Positions 51,097 to 63,698 of a stretch of 64,000 nt of DNA are shown here, piece by piece (the stretch's first letter is position 1; each line of letters opens with the position of its first letter). The stretch spans positions 1 to 64,000 of the forward strand of contig NMRA01000638.1 in assembly GCA_002633005.1 (NCBI GenBank), written 5' to 3'. The notes beneath the pieces are model-generated. The model saw nothing but the letters and a program-made list of their open reading frames with translations. It had not been told where the DNA came from and ran no database searches. Origin of the DNA: Phoronis australis (Eukaryota > Animalia > Phoronida). A program made the translations under genes and the position numbers.

Positions 51097-51761
51097 GACA
51101 TACAGGGGCGATAGTACAATCCCCACAAAAAGTTACGAATTTCAAAACACAGGAAATAAAATCAAATGGAACATGCATATATGCAAATGAAGTTATAATT
51201 AACACACACCATAAGTCTGGAGGCGATTCAGTCAATGTAATTTGAACAAATTGATGAAAATCTGTCGTGGTTTGCTCGAGATTCTCTTACCGGGTGCTAT
51301 TCTGAGGAAGTTATGTGAAATCACGCAAGTTGACGAATAAAAAGTCCGAGGACACAAATCTTACAAATTTCACCTAATACCTTCCCATGCTATTTTGCAA
51401 GTGTCATGCACCATCGTCACACGCTTCGCTCAGTCTCGCGATAGCCTTTGCCTAACTCAAGTGATTCAATTGAAATACTTTGTGGTTATCGCGTGTGTGG
51501 TGAAAAAGGAAACGGTGACCAAAAAAAGTGGAGTTGGAATTCTTCGCAAAAGTCACCTTAATTCTCGTAACTGACCTTCATCGAAGATATGTGTAGAAGT
51601 AGGAAGGACCACTGAAGAAAGTAAGCGCCTTTTAAGTGATAGTTTTAAGTGTGGAATGTATTTTGACAAGGTGAAAACTGGTGGCCTAATTTGGCCTACC
51701 GCCCGTTTAAAATACACGGGACGAAATTCGTACAGAAAGCGATGGGAAGTATTGTAGCCCC
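51097..51761. mobile_element. Probable small TIR element nested in family A copy 4
   Basis: Imperfect inverted ends AGGGGCGATAGTACAATCCCCA / TGGGAAGTATTGTAGCCCCT. Confidence 0.45.
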
Positions 51762-51845
51762 TAACCGGCCAACTGAGGGGCTACGTGTTGCCTAGATGCC
51801 CAGCGATCGCTGACAGGTCAACTTGAATTCTTGAGTAAAAATATA

Positions 51846-54250
51846 CCGTAATCATTCGGGTTAACGCCCATGCTCAGTTAACCCCCCATCCCCGACTTTA
51901 AGTGGATTTTCGATTTAACCGCCCACTGCTCGGTTAAGCGCCCCCCTGCGATTTTTGAAGATTTCCAGTTAAGCGCCCACCTCTCGGTTAAGCGCCCATC
52001 CCTGACTTTTAAAGAATGAAGATTTAGCGCCTAGTGCTAAGGAAACGCGCGATTCCCCCGACTTTTAGAAAAAGATCGACGATCACAATGAGTGCAACGA
52101 CACCGGGACTCCGAGACGGTGGTTTAGCAATCTGAATTACAATACAAGGTAACAAGTTATTGTCTTGGGTCATGAACTCACTTCAAAATAAAATACTTGA
52201 ACCTTTTTGTCACTTTATTTTCTTCCCTTGTTTGCAAAGTTTAAGAACGCCGCCGGCGTCAAAACCTCCGCTTTCAGCGACTTTGTCTGCCGCGCTGAGT
52301 TTCCGTCTGCAGTGCACTAGATAAAACATATATTCGAAAAAATCCGGCCAGAGAAATGTGACAATGGTTTTGCCAACCCTCCAAATTCTATTAAGGTGGG
52401 AAGCTCTCGTATTTTGAACAAATCTCACAACTCACGGAAAGGTGTCAAATTCTCAATATTTTGATGAATATAACTGCCGAGTTATAGAGGATGTGGGGCG
52501 ACCGAAGGGACAGTACAAGTGCCTTACTGGGTTACCAATTTCGTTGCTGCCTGTCGATTTCTGAATTCAAACGTTGGCAATAATGTATGTTTGTGTATGA
52601 TCTTGAAGTAATAAAAAACGGCTAGTCAAATTTTGTTTTTCGCTTATTGCAACTGGTTAGCAGATTTAACTAATGTCGCTGGCTGTTCTTTACTATTCTT
52701 GCGTCAGCCTGCACGTAAGCGTGACTGTGAATTATCGTTTCAACATCCCCTTTTTAGCCATTCAGAATAATTGTGTTGATACATTGGCCATTTTCAGCCT
52801 GAACAAAAATTCTTATCATTCGAGTCTGAAATATCTACGACCTAGACTGCTTGACGATAGTGGGTAGGAGATTCACACAGCTAGTTACAGGGATGGGCTT
52901 AGGGAGCATCGAGCCGGGAAATATGGCAATAGACTTGACATCGCAGTTTTGGGGAACATTGGCAACGGAGGAATATCGTAAAGAACTGGGTCTTTCGTAA
53001 CAACAGCTTAAAAGGACATAGTCACGCCCGTTTTTGTTACTTCGGACTGTCGCTATGTGTGACTAATTTGTAGTGGTGCACGTGCGCAAGTTCCCACACT
53101 TTGGAGTGCATGTTACCTTGACACCAACAAGTGATTGACAGGTGACTCACACATAGGCCCTACGTGCGTGCTGAATACCGCCACTATCTTTGGCCATAAA
53201 AAATGAGATGCATATTGAAAGAGGTCGTTATATTACTTGACGGCATTTCCAAGTCACGATTGTCAGCCGACTCAGACATTGCGCGATAACAGCGGGATGA
53301 ACAGTGCCGCAGTGCGATATTACAAGTGATATAAATAGGATAATCTGGACAACTTGCATGAAAAATAAATGTTTTTCCACCTTGAAATTTGGTAAGGTGA
53401 TCGTTTAGAATAATGAATTGAAACATTGCTGTTTTCTGACATTTTGTAACATATTTAATATGCAGTTGCTTGAAATTTTATTTTTGATCGACGACTGACC
53501 ACCCCCGATCCTTGTCTTACTTCTTTGCATAGCATGTTTGGCGCAAAGGCAAAAGAGCAATGCCGGGCTGTCGAGATAAGACAGCTAGCCGCAGAACCAT
53601 ACGCTGAAAATGTCATTGAGTCACGGAGTGTCGACTATAACATCCCAAACACAAAAAAACAACAGAGTTAAGTTTTTCAAACTTTTATTACAACCAAATT
53701 TAAAACTGCTCTCCAAGTCGGAACTTGACAGCTACATATAGTACGAGACTGTAACCATAAATTTGATGTCTGACCTCTGCAACACGTGAAGCTTGCACGC
53801 GCGCACCTAAGCAGGGTCACATCTTGAAACAGTTTTAATTCTATTGGAGGCAGCAAGGTCACTGGTTGTCTGCACACCGCAGGACGTCACGGGGCTATTA
53901 CTCAGCAATTTTGTAAATTTAATAGTGAATGACTAATCTGAGGGCAAGAGAACCTTTGTTGGGATCATCCGCTCTTATGATGTTTTCACAGTCATTTAGC
54001 GACGTGACGATAAAGCTCTTTGAAAAGGGCTACGCGTTCTGAGTATGATTGTTGTGTCAGGATTTAGATCGCCAGGTAAGATTAACCGCCCAGGGCGGTT
54101 GTATGTCAAAATAAGCGCCCATGTTCGGTTAACCGCCCATCCCCTACTTTAGGTGGATTTTCGATTTAACCACCCACTGCTCGGTTAACCGCCCTCCCTC
54201 GATTTTTTCGCCAATTTAAGCGGCCAGGGCGTTAACCCGAACGATTACGG
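51846..54250. mobile_element. TA-target TIR element, family B, non-autonomous
   Basis: TA|CCGTAATCATTCGGGTTAACGCCC...GGGCGTTAACCCGAACGATTACGG|TA; subterminal TTAA(G/C)CGCCC repeats; TA TSD confirmed against the uninterrupted AAAATA-TA-GTTTCG in family A copy 3. Confidence 0.88.
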
Positions 54251-54399
54251 TAGTTTCGATTCAACAGATTACTTGAAGTCCTCTTTAAGTTTTCAAAATA
54301 GCGTCCCTAAGATTTTTATGTTCCTGTGGAGTCCGGATTAGCAGCATATTAAGTCCAAATCTGCGCTAGATCGTACTCTTATTTTCCTGAAATTGGCTG

Positions 54400-55140
54400 T
54401 AACATGATTGATCTTTAGTGATTCCTTAAATCTCTTCAGCTTTAATGGTTCAGAAAGTTTATAATGTCAAATGATGAATTCTGGAACAACATTTTGAATC
54501 AAAAGAAGGGGATTAGGGCATGTACTTACTTATACATTTGGTTAAATACTAGTTTAAAACACCAATAAACTAGAAAAGAAGTGGGAGCAAGCTCTAAATA
54601 CCACAACTAAAGAGTGGTGGAGAAAACTGTCATTTATGAAACCAATTTAATGTGGTTCCAGTTCATAACTCCTCATAAGTCCCAATTAGACATCAACTAC
54701 CTCACAAATGGGTAGCACAAGTTGTCACTGCAGTGTCAATTTGCTCAGTGTCAGTCCCATTTACACACATACTTGTGCTGGAACATCTCGTTCCATGTCA
54801 GTTGACCTGTGTCAACTTTTATAGTGTAGACACTATAGAATTATAAGTACAGTTACTTATCTTCACAAGATTGGAATTTTACCAAACCATGATTGCTCTT
54901 TCTGTAAAAATCAGTCACAGGATCTCCATTTGTACTGGTCTTGTGATATTGTACAAAGTTTATGGATGTCGTATAGGGAATGAATTTGTCAGAGAACAAG
55001 TCAAACTTTTGAAGTAACGCCCATAGATATTTTTTGGGAATTTTGATGAACCAAAAATTTGTAATTTAATAATTTGTCTTGGGGAAAATACACATATACA
55101 AAAAAGACTGAAAAAATGAAATTATTAATTATTATGATGT
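54400..55140 (+). mobile_element. L1/Tx1 ORF2 C-terminal relic, probably the continuation of 49990-50840
   Basis: KKWEQAL, WFQF, YLHKIG, CSFC, HLYWSC fragments (zf-RVT region). Confidence 0.6.
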
Positions 55141-55158
55141 AGGAAAATATGCGCACCG

Positions 55159-55159
<1 letters not shown>

Positions 55160-55212
<53 letters not shown>
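55160..55212 (+). repeat. (GT)n microsatellite
   Basis: Seen directly. Confidence 0.98.
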
Positions 55213-55216
<4 letters not shown>

Positions 55217-55547
55217 GAAAGTCCGTTTATTAAGTCATATTACTTGTTATGTTACTTTATGTCTTACCTCAAATAAAAAAATTGGCAAAGACGTTTTGTT
55301 ACAGAATATCACCATGTTACAGGGAATCCATTCTCTAACTCAACCTAGTGAGTTTTACATCCACCAAACCACATTAAATTTATATCCACTTTACATACAA
55401 TAAGTACCCTGAAGTATTTTTTAAATTTTTATTATCTTAAGCCTGATGTCCAAAATACACAGGACAACACAGATTTAAGCGTGAATTCCCTCCTTTTACC
55501 TCCTTTTTAAGGAATAACAAGTTTTACAAAGAAGTTAATATTCTTAC

Positions 55548-55703
55548 CTTGTGGTCCTCAATTTGTACTGCCACTGACTCCATGGTGCTGCCAACGGGCT
55601 TGAGATTGTTAAGATCCTTCTCCATGGTGGTAAGCCAACCAATGAATGAATTGAGCTCCAAGTGAAACTTCTGAGCTTGGCTCACTGCCTCTTCAAGCTT
55701 GGA
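55548..55703 (-). CDS. MACF1: spectraplakin exon, spectrin repeat
   Basis: CAG|SKLEEAVSQAQKFHLELNSFIGWLTTMEK...QIEDHK|GTAAGA; 156 nt. Confidence 0.93.
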
Positions 55704-56032
55704 CTGCAATGAATCATATCTGGGTGTATTTCCAATTATAAGCACATTCAACAACATATCTTAGGCCTCATCATCAAATGAGCTTAAAAAAGGAAACCTT
55801 TCATCAACACATTTACCTATATGGTGATTTAAGCGATCAGGATACCATTTTGCCAGTGCTTCAATATGTGTAATTCCAACAAATATTTACGTCCAATGAA
55901 CGCGACGTATTAATGAAACTGTCTGAAAAATCCTTTTTGATGTCTTTGTTGTAACATAAAAGGCAGTGAATCATAACCCTATCTAACATTTCATTGCTTA
56001 GACACAATAAACAAAAATTACTGAGCAATTAC

Positions 56033-56184
56033 CTTTCTATCACTAGCCCTAGTCATGATGTTTTCCCACCGTGTCTGTAACAGCCTCATGTCCTGTTTCA
56101 AGCCCTCTACTTCCGTGCTCTCTTCAACAATAGTGCCTCCTTGCTCCAACAGGTCCTTCACCTTGCCTTCTATGGACTCTACTT
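56033..56184 (-). CDS. MACF1: spectraplakin exon, spectrin repeat
   Basis: CAG|(E)VESIEGKVKDLLEQG...LQTRWENIMTRASDRK|GTAATT; 152 nt, phase 1-0. Confidence 0.92.
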
Positions 56185-56388
56185 CTGCAAAACAGAACAA
56201 TTACAGTCTGTATCAGTACAACTTACCTTACATTTCTCAAATACTATTCAGTTTCATTTATTCATTTTACATTCACAAACGCTTGGAATGAAAAACAAAA
56301 CTCAAATGCATAATATTATTTTAAGAGGGACTAGAACAAAATCACAGGGACCTCTAAACAATTATAGGGGTTACAAAACGTATCTCAC

Positions 56389-56530
56389 CAGCGTACACTT
56401 CCTTGAATCTCTCCAACTGCTCCTTGGCAGTCTCAGGGAGACCTCCAATTGGCTTAGATGTAGTCAGGTGACCATCAATGTCACTCAGACGCACAAGCAT
56501 GTCTTGAAGCTCCATCTGGAAACTCTGAGC
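56389..56530 (-). CDS. MACF1: spectraplakin exon, spectrin repeat
   Basis: TAG|AQSFQMELQDMLVRLSDIDGHLTTSKPIGGLPETAKEQLERFKEVYA+1|GTGAGA; 142 nt; contains the typical GGLPETA motif. Confidence 0.93.
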
Positions 56531-56830
56531 CTATAACACAGACCAAAGAAAAGATAATACAAAACTTCATGGTAATTTAAATTCCAAAATTTTAATAAAC
56601 AATACAAACCACAACCCTACCGCAACCCAAGTTTTACAATTAGACAACAGACACTTATTTTCACAGGTTGTCACACTAATGCCAGCCATAACCTCCTACT
56701 TCTATATCATAATGCACAACCTAAATGAAACATCTTAATTGAGTTAACTTATATCAATCAATATGCCAAACATAAACAAGACCATACCCGCCACTACTTC
56801 ATGCTGTCGATAATATGAAATCACACACAC

Positions 56831-57028
56831 CTTTCTCAAAGCCTCTTCCAAGTGTAGCTGTCTATCCCTGGTTTTAGACAGGACGCCATCCCACCTCGTG
56901 TTCAAGTCATCCATCTTATCGCGGGTCGATGATGCACTGGCACCACCTTCACTAGAGATCACCTGCTTACCAGCCTCATTGACTGAATCGATGCTAGCTT
57001 GGTGGGCCTGGATATCATTCTGCAGTAT
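56831..57028 (-). CDS. MACF1: spectraplakin exon, spectrin repeat
   Basis: CAG|ILQNDIQAHQASIDSVNEAG...RQLHLEEALRK|GTGTGT; 198 nt. Confidence 0.92.
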
Positions 57029-57156
57029 CTGATATAGAAATAAAGTAGGAGAAAGTTGAAAATGAAAACTAAGACCCGATTCATGATCCAAGTTGTCAAC
57101 GTTTTGGTTTAATGACATACAACCGTCATTAGGAAGCAATGTCACTAACCAGCAAT

Positions 57157-57325
57157 ACAACCAAAACATGAAATGAACAAACCAAAACATGAAATGAACA
57201 AACCAAAACATGAAATGAACAAACCAAAACATGAAATGAACAAACCAAAACATGAAATGAACAAACCAAAACATGAAATGAACAAACCAAAACATGAAAT
57301 GAACAAACCAAAACATGAAATGAAC
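57157..57325 (+). repeat. 21-bp minisatellite (ACAAACCAAAACATGAAATGA), about 8 copies
   Basis: Seen directly; it explains the HFMFWFV repeat ORF. Confidence 0.95.
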
Positions 57326-57389
57326 ACCACAATGCATGAGTGGTACTGGTAAGTAACAACACAGTGATCAGAACAACTCTAAACCCTAT

Positions 57390-57990
57390 GACCCTGGAAA
57401 AAAAACATTATTTAATTTATCATTGTACTTCCGATGTCAGACTCAGATGGTTTCAATTCTGTATCAACCACAGACTTATTGGTACAAACTCTTATTTAAA
57501 GAAAATAGGTGTTAGTGAATCGTCTTTATGTTCTTTCTGTGAGCAATATGAAGAAACAATTCTACATTTGTATTGGAAATGTTCACTTGTTCAGAAGTTT
57601 TGGGGATGTTTAAAAACATGGATGATAAATCAGTGCAATTTCCCTCTGCAGTTAAATATTTCTTCCGCCTTGTTTGGAAACCCAGCCTGTAGATTAGAAG
57701 TTGTAAATTTAATTCTTTGCTTAGCGAAATTTTATTTATATAGACAAAGACTACAAAAGGATAAGTCCAATTTTCAGTCATTTTTAGGTGAGGTATGTGA
57801 TTACTACAACCTGGAAAAAATTATTTACAATGATAAATTGGATTTTGAGGGATTCCAGGCAAGTTGGTCTTCTTTTTTGCCTAACTAGCTTTTATAGGGT
57901 CCGATAATGTTCGTAATTTGTTTGATGTACACAAAACTAGATTGCATATTGCTGCACAACTATGTACTGGTTGGTTGAGTTAATAAATGT
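57390..57990 (+). mobile_element. 5'-truncated L1/Tx1 3' end (zf-RVT)
   Basis: LRWFQFCINHRLIGTNSYLKKIG...CSFC..EETILHLYWKC..VQKFW; AATAAA near 57982. Confidence 0.85.
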
Positions 57991-58106
57991 TTCATCATGG
58001 AAAAAAATTTCATTGTAGTAAGTCACAAAAGGCCGCAAGCAGTTGAATAGTTTAAATTTTTTCGGCAGTACCATTTTTGTATTAAATATTACGGTACCAT
58101 CCTTAC

Positions 58107-58262
58107 CCTGTGCTTAGCCAGCTCAATCTCAATGATCTTGGGGTCTCCAGTCACCTTCTGCTGTTGAGCAATGGTGGCCTCAGTTCTCTCCAACCAGTTG
58201 AGTAATTCACCGACAGCATGGTGGAACTGACCAAGACTGATAAGGGCAGTTTGCAGCTTGGT
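58107..58262 (-). CDS. MACF1: spectraplakin exon, spectrin repeat
   Basis: CAG|TKLQTALISLGQFHHAVGELLNWLERTE...GDPKIIEIELAKHR|GTAAGG; 156 nt; absent from the ORF track. Confidence 0.93.
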
Positions 58263-58726
58263 CTGAAAGGAAAGATGCCAACATAGTAATAATCAGCTTA
58301 GGAATACCAGGTTTATTGTTAACACTCCAAAGGAATTCTGTAATTGTCGGGCGACAAAATGTGATGACAAAGGGCATTTGAAAATAGTTTTTTTATAAAC
58401 AAGCCATGCAGTGGATTACCAGCCACTTAAAAAACAGTTTCTGTGTTTGAAGCCTTGACAGTCACCGTGTAAAACACGACTGATAAGAAGCAAAATTTGA
58501 CTTGTTATAAGTAGCAAATTTCTAAATTTCACGAAACTAGAATGTTTTTGCATGACAAAGTTATGAAAGACTGTTCTAAAGGAGGCTGGCTACTGTCAGC
58601 TGTGTTATAGAAGCAGTCCATAGTTTACTAAGACAATACAGACCAATGATTCTGCTCGGTATCAGACAAATAATTACACGGTCTAGCAAACACATTACTA
58701 TGCAAAATTTTCAATTTGGCATTTAA

Positions 58727-60326
58727 AGGAGAATGCCACCCAAAAACAACCTATTTTGAATCAATTTAGATCGAGTAATTCCACTCGATAACAGCAAGTT
58801 CAGTTGTTTTACCTGACACCTAACGGCAGACGGAGGTGTTGAAATTAACCATTGATGAAATCTGTTCGAACGCAGTCTGTTCAGCCGTTCACAACACGCT
58901 TACTGATGTAAACCTTGTTACAAATACATCCGAGTTCTTGAACAAACGTGTTGTTTTATTTCACTGTTACGGATTTATAAGTGTTTGAACGTGCCGTACC
59001 CTACAGAGTTCGGTAAGCCAATTTACCACAGTCGATCGTGGGAGTTTGGGTCTGTTTGGTGATAAATTCAAATCATTCTTCCATGAAATACAGACGGGGG
59101 AACATAGGTGTGTGTTGTAGTTTTAGACTTGCTATTCTTTCAGTTCTAAACATATAAAACGCTCGTTACTCCCCGCCAGTGGCTCGCAACCCGATCAGGT
59201 CTGTCGCGGCCGCCGGGACTGGACATCACGGACATAAACCAGCTTAAGTTGGAAACTAAACCTCCAGTCACCAAAAGACTATAATAGTGAGCCAAAGAAA
59301 TAATGTGCACAAAATTATTTAGGTGAATTAGCCACGAAACTGAAAATCTATTTACTTGTTGGAGTCTGCGTAGTTAGGTTCTCCTTCCAAGGAACCGTCA
59401 GGGCAAAGTTTGTAAATAACAATGATTTGAATAATGCATTTGAATATCTAAATAAAGATTCCCCAAACATGTGACCCAAGCATATAAAATCGTGTTATGG
59501 TTTCACAACAGCTTTCCGTCAGCAAACACTGGATTAGCATGCGCTCACATGGCCTCGGTACCTGGTCAATTACCTTTATTGCATCTAAAACCGGTAACGC
59601 AGTGGTTCATTCATTGCTAGCTTCTCAAAACATTTGCACTCATGCACTCCAAGGCATTACAAATTGTATCTAATGAGACAGGACATTAATTCAGTTTTAT
59701 ATAAGCATTGGTTAGGGTGAGAATAATTCATTTTGAAACAGAATGCCGAATAATAAAGGTCTACATGGCAACTCGCCCGGCGCCAGTCCTGACTTAGTCG
59801 AGAGCTCATCCGATGAAGACTTCACGGGTCGGATCGTTAGGTTTCACAGGCTATCAGTTTAAACCGGAATACACTGATCAAGAAATACTAGAGAAGCGCC
59901 AGCAACGGAACGTAAGGATAGTTCTTTGGTAAGCCGGAATTCGTCAGAGAAATCACCTGTCGACGAAATGCCTGCCACAGACACAGAGATGTTTCACGGC
60001 CTCATACTTGCTATTAACAGCGTACTTTTCATTCTTCACTGCCGCGATCCACTTCCTAAGCATTTCAGGCTCTCGAGGAAGTCGAAAAAATGGTATACCC
60101 GCTTTCTTCGCAGCTTCATAGTTCGGACAAACGGAAACCACGCACCGCAACATAGCAACATTCACTCTTCAGATGAACCACCGACATCGCTGCGTCGTTT
60201 CTCACCTTCCTCACAGGTTAACGCGACACCTCTCGGCAAGGTGAGGTCAACCGTATAAGAGGGGATGTGAGTATAAACCGATTAAGACGGTAAAAAAAGA
60301 CTAATTAAATCGGGTGGTATTCTCCT
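58727..60326. mobile_element. Kolobok-like DNA transposon deletion derivative, copy 1
   Basis: TTAA|AGGAGAATGCCACCC...GGGTGGTATTCTCCT|TTAA; THAP remnant on - and KolX-like start on +. Confidence 0.88.
59953..60153 (-). pseudogene. THAP zinc finger, N-terminus of a Kolobok transposase
   Basis: MLRCVVSVC...FFRLPREPEMLRKWIAAV...VCGRHF = C2CH THAP signature with conserved P, W and F. Confidence 0.9.
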
Positions 60327-60486
60327 TTAAGTCAACCCTGGTCAAATTATTAAAGACAGTGAACGGATAAGTTGGACATGTGTTTACCAGGCACATTGCC
60401 ATCATAGATATTGACCTCCTTTACGATAATGATAAAAACAAAAAAATAACGTAAATTTCAACAACTTGGAAGTACACAGTCCATAC

Positions 60487-60657
60487 CATCCTCTCAGCGA
60501 TGCCATCAATCAGTCCCTTCCATCGTTTGTTAACATCCACCATGGGGTCACGTATGACGGTTGCCTGGTCAGCTGATGTCTCTCGGATCATATCATTAGC
60601 TTGCTGGTTAAGTGACTCAACATCCATGTACTTGTTGTTGACGTCCAAAGTGAAATC
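60487..60657 (-). CDS. MACF1: spectraplakin exon, spectrin repeat
   Basis: CAG|DFTLDVNNKYMDVESLNQQA...NKRWKGLIDGIAERM|GTATGG; 171 nt. Confidence 0.92.
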
Positions 60658-61505
60658 CTGCATAAAGAATTGAACTCTCATGACAAAATCTAGCACATTA
60701 AAGCAACTAGCCAAAAAGACTAAAAATACATTTAAGCGCTCAACAGAGTTCCAGTTCTTCAAAAACAATAAAATACCTTTGACTAGGAGAGCAAGAAGTA
60801 AAGCTATAAGTTGTGAACTTGGCAAGATCATGCAAATCTTGGGAGGATATTGCCATACATTACAAAAGAAACACGTGACCTCACTTTGTCAAAATCTAAT
60901 TATAAGTGAAAATGCCTCTGCAGGCCTTTAGCACTAATCTGGAAGCCTTGGCAAGGCTGCCCCATGTATCATCTGGATGCCCACTGTCAATAGGAACCTT
61001 TCAAGTTTGGACTCGCATATTGTTATGAATACTAGGAAGCCTCTGAAGGCTCACAGTGGGGGCTGTTTTTTCAAAGCAGGAAGAAATATACAATGCTATG
61101 CTCACACTTGGTTGATAGCATTGTAAAAATCTTGGTCTCCAGTTTTTTTTAGTAAAAATGCTCACTACAGATGGCTGTTTTGTAAACTTAAATGTAAAAA
61201 CCTTGGTCTATGCATTTTTTGTAAAAATGTGTCTGGGGGGATTGCTGGGGGTGGGGGGGTTGCGTCGGAATCATGGACGCCCTGGAATATTGGGAACCCC
61301 ATTTTGGACACCTTATTTTAGAAATCCTTGATAAAGGCCTGCGCCTCTGCCCATCACGTTGTCTATAAACTAGGAAAAAGAGCAATAACATTGTCACAAT
61401 TTACTAATTATGTCACGATAAAGGATGGACATAGACTACAGCTTATCAAATGGAACAGTCTTTGTACAAATTAGAATTTGTTTTTGACAAAATTATTTTA
61501 GTTAC

Positions 61506-61607
61506 CTTTAAGTCTTCAATCTGCTGTTTTACAGCACCAGTATCTGTGGAAACTGTCCCAAGAGAAGTGAAACGCTGCTCAGTAGACTGCAACCACTCGA
61601 GGATTTT
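61506..61607 (-). CDS. MACF1: spectraplakin exon, spectrin repeat
   Basis: CAG|KILEWLQSTEQRFTSLGTVSTDTGAVKQQIEDLK|GTAAC; 102 nt, phase 0-0. Confidence 0.9.
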
Positions 61608-61638
61608 CTGAAAAAATCATTTGTAAATTAGGGCTTAA

Positions 61639-63698
61639 AGGAGAATGCAACCCAAAAAACAACTTACCTTGTATCAATTTAGGTCAAGTAGTTCCACTTT
61701 ATAACAGCAAGTACAACTCTGTTACCCGACACCTGACAGAGGTGCTGCATTTAACCAATGATGGCACAGGTTCGAACGCAGACTGTTCAGCAGTTCACAA
61801 CACGCTTACTGGTGTCAGCTTTTCGCTTGAATTCATCATTTTACACCAATAAACCATCAAAATTTGATTAAAACCCTTACAAATACATTGAGTTATTGAA
61901 CAAATGTGTTATTTTATTTTGCTGTTATGAATTTTTAGGTATTTGAACATACCGTAGGGTACAGAGTTCGGTACTAGGCTAATTTATCAAGGTCGGTCGC
62001 GGGAGTTTTGGGTCTGCGTGGTGATAAATTTGAATTATTCATCCGTGAATTACAGATAAGAGAACATAGGGGTCTGTTTTAATTTTAGACTTGCGATTTC
62101 TTACAGTTCTAAACACACAAAACACCGTCAGTGGCTCAGAACCCAACCAGGCCCATCGCGGCCGGATTTATGACACCAGGAGATAAACCAGCCAAAGTTG
62201 GAAACTAAACTTCCAATCACAAAAAGACTATACTAGTGAGCCAAAGAAATAATGTGCACATGATTGTTTTAGTGAATTAGCCACAAAACTGCTAATCTAC
62301 TTACTAGCTCATCTGCAGCTTTGAAGTCAGAAATGCCAGGGCAAAAGTTGTACAGTAACAATGATTCGAATAATGTACGTGAATATCTAAATAATGATTC
62401 CCCTAACATCTGACCATAGGATATAAAATCGAGATACTGTTTCACAACAGCTTTCTGTCAGCAAACACTGAATTAGCATGCAATCACACAGCTTCAATGC
62501 CCGGTCAAATAGTTTATTGCAACTAAACCCCTTAACACAGTGATTTATTTATTGCTGGCTTCTGAAAACATTTGCATTTGCTCCAAGTAGTATTTAATGA
62601 GACAGAGTTTGTTTCAGTTTTGTATAAGCAAACATTAGTTAGGGTGAAAATAATTCATTTTTAAATAGAATGCACAACAATGAACACAACGCGGCAAATC
62701 ACAATCTCGACTTGGACGAGTGCTCATCCGACGAAGACTTCACAGGTCGACCATTAGGTTTCTGAGGCTATCAGTTCGAACCGAAATACACTAACCAAGA
62801 AATACTAGATAGGCGCTGTGAACGTGCACAGACAACGGAATACATGGCACGCTTGAATGACTTGTCATGATGTCACGATAATGGAAACGACTTGCTTGCA
62901 TTTGCTGCCACGAAATTCCACAAGTGGAATCCTTTCTTGGAGAAGAGCAGATGTGTCTCACGGACCATCATGATTTTGCGCCGCATCTAAACAGAGTTGT
63001 GCTTATGACATTTTTTAGGCCACTGAGAAAAAGAACTAGCGAAAACATTCTACACTCAGAGGACCAAACAGAAGCCTGACGAATGAGTCAGTCATCAAAC
63101 AGGTTATTTAAAACGATATGTTCTCACGCCTGTATGTTTTCATGGCCAACTACAATTCTCCATAATCAAAAACTAATCAACAACTTGATCCACGTTTCTT
63201 TGTCTCCTGCCTGTCGAATGCAAACACACTAGGCACAGCATCTGACTTCTGCCTCAATCCCTTTTTCTGTCCTACTACGAGCAGTTTGGTAAGCCAGCAT
63301 TCGATCGTCTGTGAAATCACTGTCGGTGAAATGCCGGCCACTGACAGACATGGAGAAGTTTCAGTCTCTATACAAGCATGGTATTAATGGTGTACTTTTC
63401 ATTTGTCACTACCGCGAGCCACTTTCGGTATACAACCATTATGGGCTCTCGAGGAAATCGAAAAAAAAAAAGATATACCCGCTATCCTCCCAGCGTCGTA
63501 GTCCACACAAGCGGGAACGATACACCACACCATAGCGGCAATCACTCAGAAGAAGAACAACTGACGTCGCTGCATCGTTTCTCACCTTCCTTAACGCGAC
63601 AACTTTCGGCGAGGTAAGATTGACCATATACGAGGTGATGTGAATATTGACCGATTAAGACAGTAAAAAAGACTAATTAAATCGAGTAGCATTCTCCT
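61639..63698. mobile_element. Kolobok-like DNA transposon deletion derivative, copy 2
   Basis: TTAA|AGGAGAATGCAACCC...GAGTAGCATTCTCCT|TTAA; homologous to copy 1 with a longer internal part. Confidence 0.88.
62706..63090 (+). pseudogene. KolX / P2X7 C-terminal (ballast)-like remnant
   Basis: YQFEPKYTNQEIL...RLNDLS*C, then a frameshift, MET..ACICCHEIPQV...HHDF..HLNRVVL; contains stops and frameshifts. Confidence 0.65.

Larger units (their letters stand above)
50842..54378 (+). mobile_element. Family A copy 4 (one arm only), inserted in an L1 relic and interrupted twice
   Basis: TA|CCGTATTCAC start; homology to 45060-45500 resumes at about 51790 and at 54251. Confidence 0.7.

Noticed and set aside
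52210-53900. Possible transposase inside family B
   Set aside because: No DDE or HTH motif was recognisable in any listed ORF.
57129-57362. Repetitive hydrophobic ORFs (HFMFWFV)n, (CSFHVLV)n and (FISCFGL)n
   Set aside because: Translations of an intronic 21-bp minisatellite.
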